Shown: piece by piece, positions 10,982 through 21,454 of the stretch
Numbering within the stretch: the first letter of the stretch is position 1
How the letters are laid out: the number at the start of each line of letters is the position of its first letter
Source of the DNA: Arenicellales bacterium
GTDB lineage: Bacteria > Pseudomonadota > Gammaproteobacteria > Arenicellales > JAJDZL01
Direction: 5' to 3'
DNA length: 64,000 nt
NCBI GenBank assembly: GCA_965200545.1
Contig: CBDAUJ010000003.1
Location: 398,504-462,503, forward strand
Notes under the pieces: model-generated
The model's input: the letters and a program-made list of their open reading frames with translations, nothing else
What the model was told of the DNA's origin: nothing
The model's database searches: none
Translations under genes and position numbers: made by a program

Positions 10982-11009
10982 AAATAAGGTTTGTTTCTGT
11001 CAATTCAAG
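10982..11009 (-). promoter_or_regulatory. Sigma-32-like heat-shock promoter upstream of grpE
   Basis: Minus strand reads CTTGAAT (11009-11003), 13-nt spacer, CCTTATTT (10989-10982), about 50 nt upstream of the grpE ATG. Confidence 0.4.
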
Positions 11010-11109
11010 CAGAAAATCTGACTTTTTGGAACCCGCAAACAGCCGTGAGAAATAACCGAATTCGGATTCGGATGCCAGTTTTGAGACACAATGAGCCCCT
11101 TGCATGGCG

Positions 11110-12342
11110 TTAAGGCGCGCCGAGCAGCTCTGACAGCGCTGCAATCAGCCGCTCGACTTCCTGCGCGCTGTTGTAGTGCGCCATACTGACACGCACGATG
11201 CCATCCGATGCGTCGACTCCAACTGCATCCAAACAGCGCCGTGCGTAGAAATGACCCGCGCCGACACCAATGCCACGGATGCCCAGTTCCTGCGCGATCT
11301 GCTGTGAAGACCGACCATCCACTGCAAACGAAAAGGTCGGCACCCGCTGCGCGCAGTGCACAGCGGGTGGACCGATCAGGCGAACTTGCGGCTGCGAGTT
11401 GAGCCAATCCATCCAAGATCGAGACAACTCATCCTCATGCCCTTTAATCAACTCGAACACTTCCGCATAGCGCTCGCCAGAGGGCTTATCCGTGCAGCCG
11501 AAATGATGCTGATGAACACAGTCGAAATAATCTGCGATACACTCAATTGAAGCCGCGGTTTCATGCAGATAGCCGCCGGGCTGCAACTTTGACTCCGGCA
11601 CCGACTCGGCAAGAAAAAAATGATTCTGGTTCGGCAGTTTGCGCAATTGCTCGTTTTTCGCACACAGCACCCCAAGATGCGGGCCATAGAGCTTGTACAG
11701 ACTGAACAGCATGAAGTCAGCATCAGAATTTGCAAAATCGAGCGCCCGATGGGGCGCGTAGGCGACAGCGTCCACGCACAGCAACGCGTCGGCCGCATGT
11801 ACCGATGCCGCGATTTCTTTGATGGGATTGATCTCGCCAGTAATGTTTGAGCACCAGGTGCACGCAACCAACCGCGTGCGATTTGTCAGCAGCGACTCAA
11901 GTTGCCTGATGCCGCCAAGACTCGCAGTCTGCGGATTAATTTTCCACTCACGGATGACCGCGCCGCATTCTTCCAGTCGGCGCCAAGCGCCGTTATTGGC
12001 TTCATGATCAAGATTCGTGACGATAATTTCGTCGCCTTTTTGCAAACACGGGCGCAGCGCATGCGCGAGAATATAGACATTCAGCGTCGTTGAATGGCCA
12101 ATGATAACTTCATGCCGGTCCGCATTGATCATTGCGGCGAGTTTCTTGTGACTGCGGTCTATGCGTTCGGCCGCCAGCACGGATGCCGGATAGTGCGCGC
12201 CCGGCTGAACCTGGCAGCGGCGCATGTAATCGTAGATTCGATCACTGACGGCCGCCGGCACAAAGGTGCCGCCGGCATTTTCAAAGAAAGCCCAATCTGC
12301 GATATTGGGAAACTGCCGCCGGATAAAAGTGAGGTCGTACAT
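11110..12342 (-). CDS. Class-V (cysteine desulfurase-like) PLP-dependent aminotransferase
   Basis: Class-V fold with probable PLP-lysine motif FSLYKLYGPHLG. Start ambiguous: ATG 12342 (MYDLTFIRRQF) or GTG 12366. Confidence 0.8.
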   Translation of the reverse strand: MYDLTFIRRQFPNIADWAFFENAGGTFVPAAVSDRIYDYMRRCQVQPGAHYPASVLAAERIDRSHKKLAAMINADRHEVIIGHSTTLNVYILAHALRPCLQKGDEIIVTNLDHEANNGAWRRLEECGAVIREWKINPQTASLGGIRQLESLLTNRTRLVACTWCSNITGEINPIKEIAASVHAADALLCVDAVAYAPHRALDFANSDADFMLFSLYKLYGPHLGVLCAKNEQLRKLPNQNHFFLAESVPESKLQPGGYLHETAASIECIADYFDCVHQHHFGCTDKPSGERYAEVFELIKGHEDELSRSWMDWLNSQPQVRLIGPPAVHCAQRVPTFSFAVDGRSSQQIAQELGIRGIGVGAGHFYARRCLDAVGVDASDGIVRVSMAHYNSAQEVERLIAALSELLGAP

Positions 12343-12436
12343 CGTTGAGTCAGACCTGTCTTTCACAACCGTGACGAAGAAGGTACGGAACCGCCGCGCC
12401 TGCGAAATTCACTGGGATGAAGAAAACTGCGAAGGG

Positions 12437-13495
12437 TCAGTCGTGATTGAGAAATTCCAGAGCATTGCCGAGCATCTGCGCGGTGATATCGACCACTGGA
12501 ATTACACGATCGTAGTGCATCCGAGTCGGTCCGATGACACCGATTGCACCGAGGTTCTTCCCCTCGACCTCATACGGTGCAGCAACGACACTGCAATCAT
12601 CCAAATCGCTGTAGCCAGATTCGGAACCGATGAAAATCGAGACGCCTTGAGCACGGACGCTCTGGTCCAAGAGATTCAGCAAAGAATGTCGCGTGCGAAA
12701 ACTTTCAAATATTTTCCGCACTTTTTCAATCGCCGCGAAATCAGGCACATTCAGCAGGTTTTCCTCACCGCTGACGACCAGGTCATCCTCGCTGTTCGCA
12801 TCGTCGTCAAATACCAGGCTGGCAATCGTGATTGCATTGCCAATCAGACTGTCAATTTCCTCTCGGTCGCGCTTCATCGCCTTATACAAGTCTTCCTTGA
12901 CGTTGCCCAGCGGCTGACCGCGATACTGATCGTTGAAATAATTCGATGCTTCAACGAGTTCGGCCGGCGTCAAATCCCGATCGTTTGCAATGACACGATT
13001 TTGCACTTGGCCATCTTCAGTAATGAGGATGACCAGAATTCGTCGCTTGTTCAGGCTGACAAACTCTATTTGGCGAAACAGCGAAGCAGTGCTGGTGTGC
13101 GGCATCAGCACTACGCCTGCAAACTGGGTGACATCTGAGATCAGTTTTGATGCCGTGTTGACAAGTTCTTTCGAGTCATTCTCCTCGTAGAGACGGCTTT
13201 CGATCTCATGGCGCTTGGTCCGCTTCAGCGGCCGCAGCGTAACAAGCGAGTCGATAAACATCCGATACCCCATCTCCGTAGGCACCCGACCAGCCGAAGT
13301 ATGCGGTGCCGCTATGAGTCCCATGTCCTCGAGATCAGCCATCACATTGCGGATTGTCGCCGCGCTCAGCTTCAGTCCCGGTTCGTGCGAAAGCGTGCGC
13401 GAACCGACTGGAAAACCCTCATCGATGAAACGCGCAATGAGCATTCTCAACAGTGTTTCAGATCGTTCGTCTAACTTCAGCATCGTCACTTGCAT
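12437..13495 (-). CDS. hrcA: Heat-inducible transcription repressor HrcA
   Basis: N-terminal winged helix MLKLDERSETLLRMLIARFIDEGFPVGSRTLS and full-length HrcA-like body. Track ORF trimmed to ATG at 13495 (or 13483). Confidence 0.9.
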   Translation of the reverse strand: MQVTMLKLDERSETLLRMLIARFIDEGFPVGSRTLSHEPGLKLSAATIRNVMADLEDMGLIAAPHTSAGRVPTEMGYRMFIDSLVTLRPLKRTKRHEIESRLYEENDSKELVNTASKLISDVTQFAGVVLMPHTSTASLFRQIEFVSLNKRRILVILITEDGQVQNRVIANDRDLTPAELVEASNYFNDQYRGQPLGNVKEDLYKAMKRDREEIDSLIGNAITIASLVFDDDANSEDDLVVSGEENLLNVPDFAAIEKVRKIFESFRTRHSLLNLLDQSVRAQGVSIFIGSESGYSDLDDCSVVAAPYEVEGKNLGAIGVIGPTRMHYDRVIPVVDITAQMLGNALEFLNHD

Positions 13496-13854
13496 GGAGC
13501 GAAGGATGTATTTTTCATGCGCATCTGTTCTGTGCCATATGTGGACCCGCGCCACAATGGCGCAGTTGTGAATTTTACCAAAGGACAGCGGAAGAATTGT
13601 TTCGGCATTGAACTTGCGCAAGGTTACCCCAACATCGATCAATCTAACCTAAAATAAGCATCTGTTTCACCTTGCGCTGAATCCAGGCCAATGCGGGTGC
13701 AGCATCTCGCTCGGTTTATGCAAGCGCGACTCGTACCGCAATGGCGATGCGAAACACCGATGTGATGCGCGGCATCTGGAATCTGCTCTTTGCGAGCAGC
13801 GGTCGTGCGCAAACAGAACTAACTTTTCCAGAACAAGACGATCAGCAGGATTGA

Positions 13855-14706
13855 ATGATGGGAATTGAATCCGTCGGAATATTTGGCGATTTTTCGAATC
13901 AGGCTGTTGTGGATGTCGCCGAAACTGTCAGCGCCATACTCAAGGCGAATGCAATTCGACAGCAGCGCTGCCATAGCACGATTGCCGATCCAATCAAGCG
14001 GCCAGACATGGATGATGACAATATTGACTTGTCCATTGTCATCGGCGGCGACGGCACTTTTCTCAATGTCGCGCGACTGCGAGCCGGACGGCGAGCGCCG
14101 ATACTGGGTGTAAATCTCGGCAGACGCGGTTTTTTGACTGATGTCTCGGTCGACGAAATTGAAGCGTCCCTGCAACTTGTCATTGAAGGGCGCTACACCA
14201 TTGAGATGCGCTCGCTTCTGGTGTGCGACATTGTGATCAACAAGAACACAATTTCGACTGCTACGGCCCTGAACGACATCGTGGTCCATAAATCGAATTC
14301 TGGGCGTTTGATCGACTTGGATATCCATGCCGATGGCGATTTTGTCACCCAGTTGCGCGCTGACGGGGTCATCGTTGCGACACCAACTGGCGCGACTGCG
14401 TATGCCCTTTCTGCCGGCGGACCTATCCTGCACCCGAAACTCAATGCACTGGAAATTGTCCCGATCAGTCCGCATACATTGACCCAGCGTCCGATCGTGT
14501 TCAGTGATTCCAGCCAAGTCAGCATCAAGGCGACGCGACTGACCACCGGCAATGCAGAAGTCGTATTGGACGGACATATTCATGCTGAACTCCACGGTGC
14601 TGAGACCGTCGTGGTGCGCCGCTCAGAAAACCAAGTCAGCATGGTACGCACCCCAGGACACTCTTATTTCAATACCTTGCGACAGAAATTGACCTGGGGT
14701 GTCTGA
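13855..14706 (+). CDS. nadK: NAD kinase
   Basis: GGDGTFL and NLGRRGFLTD motifs, 283 aa. Confidence 0.92.
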   Translation: MMGIESVGIFGDFSNQAVVDVAETVSAILKANAIRQQRCHSTIADPIKRPDMDDDNIDLSIVIGGDGTFLNVARLRAGRRAPILGVNLGRRGFLTDVSVDEIEASLQLVIEGRYTIEMRSLLVCDIVINKNTISTATALNDIVVHKSNSGRLIDLDIHADGDFVTQLRADGVIVATPTGATAYALSAGGPILHPKLNALEIVPISPHTLTQRPIVFSDSSQVSIKATRLTTGNAEVVLDGHIHAELHGAETVVVRRSENQVSMVRTPGHSYFNTLRQKLTWGV

Positions 14707-14715
14707 ACCATCGCA

Positions 14716-16377
14716 ATGATCAGAACGCTGCAGATTAAAAACTTCCTGCTCATTCCCGACACTGAGATTGATTTTTCGAACGGATTGACGGTGGTCACAG
14801 GCGAGACTGGCGCTGGCAAATCACTGATCGTCGATTCGATTGAGCTGGCACTGGGAGCGCGCTCCGATTCCGCGGTGGTTCGCTCGGGCTGTGACAAGGC
14901 AGAGATATTTGTATTTTTCGATATTGAAGACGAATATCTCCGTCAGTGGCTGCAAGATCATGAGCTTGATGACGGTGAGGAATGCATTATCCGGCGAGTC
15001 ATTTTTCGAGACCGGCCTTCACGCGCCTATATCAATGGTCGACCGGCAAGCGTCCAGAGCATCAGAGAGCTCACTTCAAATCTAGTTGAGATTCATGGCC
15101 AGCATGAGCATCAGCGGCTGCTCAGGACTGCGAGTCATCGGGACATTCTCGATAGTTTTGCCGGCATCACCCATGAGCGACACGAATTGGCAAAAGTCGC
15201 ATCCAAAATCAAGCAGCACGAAAAACTTCGCGCAACGGTCAAAGAGCGCAGCGCTCAGATAGAGTCGGAACTGGACATTCTGAACCATCAGTTTGCAGGA
15301 CTCGAATCGCTGAATCCAGCGAGCGGGGAATTTTCAAATCTCAAAAATGAACTGGCTCGCCTATCCAATGCAGAAGAAATGGCACAGTCATTGCATGAGA
15401 TTTCCAGCCTGCTGCTTTATCAGGACAATTTCACTGTCAGCAACTCGCTCGGCGAGTCGATTCGTACAATTGAAAAACTCGCACAGTATGACGGACAATT
15501 GCAGCTCTATGCAGAGATGCTCGCAGAAGCACGGGTGCGCGTCGATGATGTTGCCAGAGAGATTTATGCCGTGTCAAGCCGAACCGAATCGGACCCGGTC
15601 GCAATCGCTGCCGCCGATGAGCGGATGGCTTCACTGCAAAAACAAGCCCGGTTGCATCAGGTCGACCCCGATGCACTCCCGCAAGTGATCGACACGCTTT
15701 CAGAAAGCATTGCAAATCTTAAAGCCGAATATCAAGACATTCTCTCAATCGATTCAAATATCGATGATTTAAAGAGCGTATACAATAAAATAGCAAAAAA
15801 ACTAAGCCATGTCAGACAGCGTTCTGCGAAAGATTTTTCCCAAGCTGTCAGCGAACAGATCCAACGCCTTGGAATGGAAGGCGGGGTATTTGAGGTGCGC
15901 CTTGAGGAAATCGTGACCGATGCCTTTGCAAGCTATGGCAATGAATCCGTCAGTTTTGCTGTGAGCACCAATCCAGGCCAGTCCATAGGCACATTATCGA
16001 AAGTGGCCTCTGGGGGCGAGTTATCCAGACTCAGTCTGGCGATTCAGGTTGCCGGTACCCATGCAACTGAAGGCTCAACGCTGATTTTTGATGAAATTGA
16101 CATTGGCATTGGCGGGAAAGTGGCCGACCGTGTTGGAGCGATGCTGCGCAAGCTCGGCGAGTCACGCCAGATTTTCTGCGTGACGCACCTGCCGCAGGTC
16201 GCGGCCCGCGGCAATCACCAGTTCAAAGTCGAAAAGAAAACCGATCATGCAGCAAACGTCGAGATTACAGCATTGGACACCGAAGAGCGCATTTCCGAAA
16301 TCGCAAGAATGCTCGGCGGTGCGAAAATTACCGACCGAACGACAGCGCATGCAAAAGAACTGCTTTCGCAGAGCTAG
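14716..16377 (+). CDS. recN: DNA repair protein RecN
   Basis: Walker A GETGAGKS, long coiled coil, signature SGGELSRLSLAIQV, Walker B LIFDEIDIGIGG. Confidence 0.95.
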   Translation: MIRTLQIKNFLLIPDTEIDFSNGLTVVTGETGAGKSLIVDSIELALGARSDSAVVRSGCDKAEIFVFFDIEDEYLRQWLQDHELDDGEECIIRRVIFRDRPSRAYINGRPASVQSIRELTSNLVEIHGQHEHQRLLRTASHRDILDSFAGITHERHELAKVASKIKQHEKLRATVKERSAQIESELDILNHQFAGLESLNPASGEFSNLKNELARLSNAEEMAQSLHEISSLLLYQDNFTVSNSLGESIRTIEKLAQYDGQLQLYAEMLAEARVRVDDVAREIYAVSSRTESDPVAIAAADERMASLQKQARLHQVDPDALPQVIDTLSESIANLKAEYQDILSIDSNIDDLKSVYNKIAKKLSHVRQRSAKDFSQAVSEQIQRLGMEGGVFEVRLEEIVTDAFASYGNESVSFAVSTNPGQSIGTLSKVASGGELSRLSLAIQVAGTHATEGSTLIFDEIDIGIGGKVADRVGAMLRKLGESRQIFCVTHLPQVAARGNHQFKVEKKTDHAANVEITALDTEERISEIARMLGGAKITDRTTAHAKELLSQS

Positions 16378-16846
16378 CCGTAACCGTGACTGCCGCCGCA
16401 TGATGAAGATAAGGCACAGGCAAATTCTTCTCTTGAGCGCGTAAAGTCATTCAAATCCACTATGTGATAGCGCAAACTCACAGCGCGTAGTAGAAAGCAT
16501 GAAGTTTTGCTTCAATCCGCGGCAAACAGACGAATGGGGGGCGTGTTGTGCAGTGGCAGAAGAAATGCGTTCGAAACCATGCCGCTTTTTTCTCAACCCC
16601 AAGACCCCAAGATTGGTATGATACATTTTCATCGGTTCTGTATTACTGTAGCAACTCGCACCTGGCACCCAGCGGGCGCGTTGCATGCCGTGATCAAAAC
16701 TGTAGGGACTCTTCTCAAAAATACAAGTCTGAACTTGTCGATCAAACAGCTATGAATGCATCAAGTCATTAGCTCGGCCGTGTTCAGATCACAAAACTTG
16801 AGATTGTCCTGTTCAATAAACATTCACACCTGAGGGGGAATCAATC

Positions 16847-17815
16847 ATGGTACGAAAAAGTTTTTTTTCTGTTTTTATGTCAGTTGCTGCGTCGACATTG
16901 ATCGCACTGTCGATGACAGGCGCAACGCTGGCCGATGACTTTAAGGTGGCTATTGTTCTACCTGGAGTGATTACTGACAAGTCATTCAATCAAGCTGGAT
17001 ATGAGGGTGTTCAGCGCGCTGCAGAGAAACTAGGCATCGAATTTGCGTATTCCGAAAAAACTGCACAACCTGACCAGCCTGAAGCCTTGTCCGATTACGC
17101 GCGCCGCGGCTACGATCTGGTGATCGGTCATGGCGGAGAGTTCCAAGAATCAGTGAGTCGCGTTGCCCGCAGGTTCGGTGATACTCAATTTCTGATAGTC
17201 AACGGAACCGAGCCCGGTGACAACTACGCCACGATGAGTTTTGATTTTCCGGGTCTTGGCTATGTCATGGGTTACGTGGCCGGCAAGACTTCGGAAACAG
17301 GAAAAGGCGGCTATATCGGCGCTCAGAAACTGTTGTTCTATGTTCAGCTCGGAGAAGGGTTTGAAAAAGGATTTCTGGCGGCTCGTCCAGATGGCAAAGT
17401 GTTCACAGCTTGGACAAACGACTGGGATGATGTTGCCAAAGGCAAGGAAGCCGCTCTGAATCAAATCAGCCAAGGCGCAGATGTAATCTTTCCGTCAATG
17501 GACAATGCTGTTGTTGGTAGCCTTCAAGGCGTAAAAGAGAAAGGCGCAATGGGAATCGGCATCTATTACGATGCGATTGCTGATTGGCCGGATACGGTTA
17601 TTCAGTCTGCAATTTTTGATATGCGAAGTGCACTGGGAGAGGTGATCACCGCTGCCAAAGCGGGAGAGCTTGAAGGCAAAGCATACATTTTCGGCCTGGA
17701 GACATCCGCTGCGGCACGAATTGGCAGTTATGGAGCCAGCGTTTCGACTGAGACGAGAAGTGAAGTCGAAGCGCTCATCCCGAAAATCATCGCGAACGAC
17801 ATTGAGACCCGCTAG
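16847..17815 (+). CDS. BMP-family (PnrA/Med-like) ABC transporter substrate-binding protein
   Basis: Signal peptide, then VAIVLPGVITDKSFNQAGYEG typical of the basic-membrane-protein SBP family. Confidence 0.85.
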   Translation: MVRKSFFSVFMSVAASTLIALSMTGATLADDFKVAIVLPGVITDKSFNQAGYEGVQRAAEKLGIEFAYSEKTAQPDQPEALSDYARRGYDLVIGHGGEFQESVSRVARRFGDTQFLIVNGTEPGDNYATMSFDFPGLGYVMGYVAGKTSETGKGGYIGAQKLLFYVQLGEGFEKGFLAARPDGKVFTAWTNDWDDVAKGKEAALNQISQGADVIFPSMDNAVVGSLQGVKEKGAMGIGIYYDAIADWPDTVIQSAIFDMRSALGEVITAAKAGELEGKAYIFGLETSAAARIGSYGASVSTETRSEVEALIPKIIANDIETR

Positions 17816-17870
17816 ACAATCCTGATCTCGGCAGTTTTTTGCGCAGCCATAACAGCCAGCGAACTGATTG

Positions 17871-19397
17871 ATGAGCGGCGCTGCGCTCACTTTGCGCCAA
17901 ATATCCAAGAGCTTCGGCTCATTGTGTGCGCTTGATCAGGTTAATTTGGAGGTTGCTCAGGGAACTATCCATGCGGTATTGGGGGAAAATGGTGCGGGCA
18001 AGACCACACTGATGAATATCCTCTTCGGGCTTTATCAGCCCGATGAGGGAGAGATTCGTATCAATGGCACTGCCTGTCCGATTTATTCGCCTAAGCATGC
18101 GATGAATCTCGGCATCGGCATGATTCATCAGCATTTCATGCTGGTGGAGTCTTTGACCGTTGCAGAAAATGTCACGCTGGGCTTGCGGCAGCGCAAGCTG
18201 ACGCTTGACTTGAAAGCAATTGCGGATCAATTGAGTTCACTGTCTCAGGAATACGGGTTCGATATCGATCCGCATGCCGAGGTTTGGAAGCTGCCTATCG
18301 GCATGCGGCAACGGGTCGAGATTCTCAAAGTACTGTTTCGGGCCGCCAGCGTCATCATCCTTGACGAGCCTACAAGTGTGCTCGCTCCAAGTGAAATCAA
18401 AACATTCCTCAATGGATTGGAGCGATTGCGCAATGCTGGCAAAACTGTCATATTCATTACTCACAAACTCGAAGAGGTTGAAGCAGTTGCGGACCATGTG
18501 ACGATCATGCAGCACGGACGTGTCAAGGCATCCAAGAAGGTTGCTGACACCTGTGCCAAAGATCTGGCGCGACTGATGGTGGGGCGTGAGATTGAGCAAG
18601 CTCGCTTAAAACGCGGCAACACTGTCCCCGGTGCTGCTATTTTACGCCTTGTGGATGTAAGCGCCCGAGATCAGCGCGGAATTCTTGCTTTGCGAGATGT
18701 CTCTCTCAGTGTTCGCGCTGGCGAGGTTCTGGGGGTTGCCGGCGTCGATGGCAACGGCCAGGCAGAACTGGCTAAAGTTATTACTGGACTGCTTGTGCCT
18801 GAAAAAGGCGAAGTGCTTATTGACGAAAAGAATGTGACGGCAAAATCGGTTCGGGCTCGGCGCCACCAATACGGACTCTCATATGTGCCTGACGACCGAC
18901 AGCATATTGGGTTGGTATTGGATTTCACCGTCGCCGAAAATGCCATGCTGCGGGACTTTAATGTCGCGCCTTTTTCAAAAAAAGGCATCATTGATGCGCG
19001 CTATGTCCGTAGCAGAGCTGCTGAGTGGGTTGATCGCTATGATGTGCGCACCCAGTCTGTCGATCAGAAAGTGCGTTATTTGTCTGGCGGAAATCAGCAA
19101 AAGCTTATCTTTGCCCGCGAAGTCGAATGCGCCTCGCGGGTTCTGGTGGTTATGCAGCCGACCAAGGGATTGGATGTAGGCGCCACCGAAGCGGTGCAAA
19201 AAACAGTCATGCGTGAGCGCGATGCGGGCAAAGCGATTCTGTACATCAGTACCGAGCTTGAGCATATTATCGCTGTCGCAGATCGGATTGCAGTAATGTG
19301 CAGCGGTGAAATCACCGGCATTCTGACACCAGATGAAGTAACCGACCAGAAGATTGGCGCACTTATGGGCGGACTTCAAGCCGCGGAATTGGCGTAA
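17871..19397 (+). CDS. ABC transporter ATP-binding protein (duplicated ATPase, sugar/nucleoside type)
   Basis: Two ABC cassettes: GENGAGKTTLMN in the first, LSGGNQQKLIFARE in the second. Confidence 0.9.
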   Translation: MSGAALTLRQISKSFGSLCALDQVNLEVAQGTIHAVLGENGAGKTTLMNILFGLYQPDEGEIRINGTACPIYSPKHAMNLGIGMIHQHFMLVESLTVAENVTLGLRQRKLTLDLKAIADQLSSLSQEYGFDIDPHAEVWKLPIGMRQRVEILKVLFRAASVIILDEPTSVLAPSEIKTFLNGLERLRNAGKTVIFITHKLEEVEAVADHVTIMQHGRVKASKKVADTCAKDLARLMVGREIEQARLKRGNTVPGAAILRLVDVSARDQRGILALRDVSLSVRAGEVLGVAGVDGNGQAELAKVITGLLVPEKGEVLIDEKNVTAKSVRARRHQYGLSYVPDDRQHIGLVLDFTVAENAMLRDFNVAPFSKKGIIDARYVRSRAAEWVDRYDVRTQSVDQKVRYLSGGNQQKLIFAREVECASRVLVVMQPTKGLDVGATEAVQKTVMRERDAGKAILYISTELEHIIAVADRIAVMCSGEITGILTPDEVTDQKIGALMGGLQAAELA

Positions 19398-20516
19398 ATG
19401 TCAGCCTTTGTCCATTGCATGTATGTCTTGCGGCCGATTTGGGCGGTACTGCTGGCTTTGCTGCTGGGCTCAGGGCTGATCGTACTGGCCGATGTCTCGC
19501 CGCTGGCCGCCTATGCAGAGCTCTTCAAAGGCGCTTTTCTTGACTACTGGGGTTTTGCGGGCACACTGGTCAAAATGTCACCGATTCTGCTTGCGGGACT
19601 GGCAGTCATTCTGCCCATGCGGGCCGGGCTGCTCAATATTGGTGCAGAGGGGCAAATCTACATGGGTGGATTATTGGCCGCGATGACCGCATTGCTGTTG
19701 CCGGAAATGCCGCCTTTCATTCATATTTGCGTTTGTGTTCTCGCCGGTGCGATTGGCGGCGGATTGTGGGGCTTGATACCTGGCTATCTCAAAGCTTTTC
19801 ATGGAATGAACGAAGTCATTCTGACACTGCTGATGAATTTCATTGCCATTAACATTGTGAGTTATGTGGCCGGTGGACCTCTGATGCAGGAAGGTGCACC
19901 TTATCCGTACTCTGAGGAGATTCGGGAGGATCTTTGGCTGCCATGGATTCTGCCTTCAACCGATGCTCATTTAGGTGTCGTGGTTGGCATCGTGCTGGCT
20001 GTCGCGATGTTCTTCATTTTGCGCTATTCGACCGTGGGGTTTGCAATTGATGCTGTTGGAAAAAACGCAACTGCCGCGCACTATGCCGGAATACCCGTTA
20101 AAGCTTATGTTGTCGGAATTATGTTTTTCGCTGGCGCTCTGGGCGGTTTGGCCGGTGCGTTTGAGGTGCTTGGACTGAAATATCGCCTCTATCATCATTT
20201 TTCGCCAGGTTATGGGTTTGATGGAATTGTTGTTGCGTTTCTGGCAGCTGTGAATCCGATCGCGGCACCGCTAGCCGCGTTCTTTCTGGCGGGTCTCAAA
20301 GCCGGTGCATTGGTGATGCAGCGAGGGGTTGGTTTGGAAAGCACGGTCATTGAGGCAATTCAGGGACTCGTGATCATTCTGGTTGCTGCCAGCCTCGGTT
20401 TGCGATACGATGCTCGCAAATGGCTTGCCAGCTTGTTGGACAGACGCCATATCCTGGATGCAGAGCTTGGCGATACGCTGATGGCGAAAAACAAAGAAAG
20501 GACAGATCGAACATGA
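19398..20516 (+). CDS. ABC transporter permease
   Basis: Polytopic membrane protein directly following the ATPase (stop/start abutting). Confidence 0.85.
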   Translation: MSAFVHCMYVLRPIWAVLLALLLGSGLIVLADVSPLAAYAELFKGAFLDYWGFAGTLVKMSPILLAGLAVILPMRAGLLNIGAEGQIYMGGLLAAMTALLLPEMPPFIHICVCVLAGAIGGGLWGLIPGYLKAFHGMNEVILTLLMNFIAINIVSYVAGGPLMQEGAPYPYSEEIREDLWLPWILPSTDAHLGVVVGIVLAVAMFFILRYSTVGFAIDAVGKNATAAHYAGIPVKAYVVGIMFFAGALGGLAGAFEVLGLKYRLYHHFSPGYGFDGIVVAFLAAVNPIAAPLAAFFLAGLKAGALVMQRGVGLESTVIEAIQGLVIILVAASLGLRYDARKWLASLLDRRHILDAELGDTLMAKNKERTDRT

Positions 20517-21454
20517 TTGAATTCCTAAGCAATCCTGCGGCGCTGTCTGATTTTCTTTCCACGAGTCTGCGGCTTTCGATTCCAATCGTGTTTGCGGCGG
20601 TCGGCGGGATCATTGCAGAGCGCTCCGGGGTTTTCAATATCGCGCTTGAAGGCTGCATTCTCGGCGGCGCTTTTGGCGCAGCGGTCGGCGCTTATCTGCT
20701 AGGAACGCCGATTGCAGGTTTGGCGTTTGGCGTTTTTGTGGCACTCTGCGCTGGGTTGCTATTGGCAGCGCTGGCGGTCGGACTTGCCATCAACCAGCTG
20801 GTGGCTGGCATCGCGATCAATATTTTGATGCTGGGTCTGACTTCGTACTTGGCGCGACTGATTCTTGGGGCCGATGCAACATCCACATTGCCTGGTTTCC
20901 ACGCCATGAAGATTCCGGGATTGTCACAAATTCCGGTTGTCGGTCCGGTTCTTTTCAGTCAGGATATTCTCACTTATCTGATGTTTCTGATTGTTCCGCT
21001 GGCTTGGTGGTTTGTCTTCAAGACACCGTGGGGCTTGAGCCTGCGAGCCATAGGTGATTTTCCAATTGCCGCTGACAGCGCCGGTATCAGTGTTCCCAAA
21101 GTGCGGTTTTTCGCAGTATTGGCCAGCTGTGCAATGGCTGGACTGGGAGGCTGCTACCTGGTACTGTCACAGGTTTTTGTGTTTACCGAGCACATGAGTG
21201 CCGGCAAGGGTTTTATTGCCTTGGCGGCACTGATACTCGGCAGATGGAATCCAGTTGGCGCCTTGCTTGCCTGCTTGTTTTTTGGTTTCTCAGATGCACT
21301 GCAGCTGAGACTGCAATTCAATCGTCCAGATATACCATATCAATTATTTTCGATGGTGCCGTTTGTGGCATCATTTCTGGCACTAGTGCTGCTCGCCGGC
21401 AAAGTTCGTCCGCCGGCAGCAATCGGAACTCGTTATAAAAGAGGTGGCAAGTGA
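20513..21454 (+). CDS. ABC transporter permease
   Basis: Track ORF trimmed to MIEFLSNPAAL (ATG 20513), overlapping the previous stop as ATGA. Polytopic membrane protein. Confidence 0.85.
   Translation: MIEFLSNPAALSDFLSTSLRLSIPIVFAAVGGIIAERSGVFNIALEGCILGGAFGAAVGAYLLGTPIAGLAFGVFVALCAGLLLAALAVGLAINQLVAGIAINILMLGLTSYLARLILGADATSTLPGFHAMKIPGLSQIPVVGPVLFSQDILTYLMFLIVPLAWWFVFKTPWGLSLRAIGDFPIAADSAGISVPKVRFFAVLASCAMAGLGGCYLVLSQVFVFTEHMSAGKGFIALAALILGRWNPVGALLACLFFGFSDALQLRLQFNRPDIPYQLFSMVPFVASFLALVLLAGKVRPPAAIGTRYKRGGK

Noticed and set aside
13607-13634. Plus-strand TTGAA-N14-CCCCAACAT, a good match to the sigma-32 consensus, in the hrcA-nadK intergenic region
   Set aside because: It points away from hrcA towards nadK-recN, about 220 nt upstream of nadK, and I know no reason for heat-shock control of nadK. 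This may be a chance match, so I did not call it as a feature.
10169-13700. Search for CIRCE (HrcA operator) upstream of dnaK, grpE and hrcA
   Set aside because: No TTAGCACTC-N9-GAGTGCTAA-like inverted repeat was seen by eye. A matrix search would be needed to exclude a degenerate site.
14600-14715. LexA (SOS) box CTGT-N8-ACAG upstream of recN
   Set aside because: None was seen. recN starts 9 bp after nadK, so any SOS box would have to lie within nadK or upstream of it.
16519-16591. Weak stem (GUGGCA...UGCCGC) followed by T6 in the 470-bp recN-to-BMP-operon spacer; considered as an attenuator, riboswitch or recN terminator
   Set aside because: The stem is only 6 bp with a 21-nt loop, and I recognised no conserved riboswitch motif.
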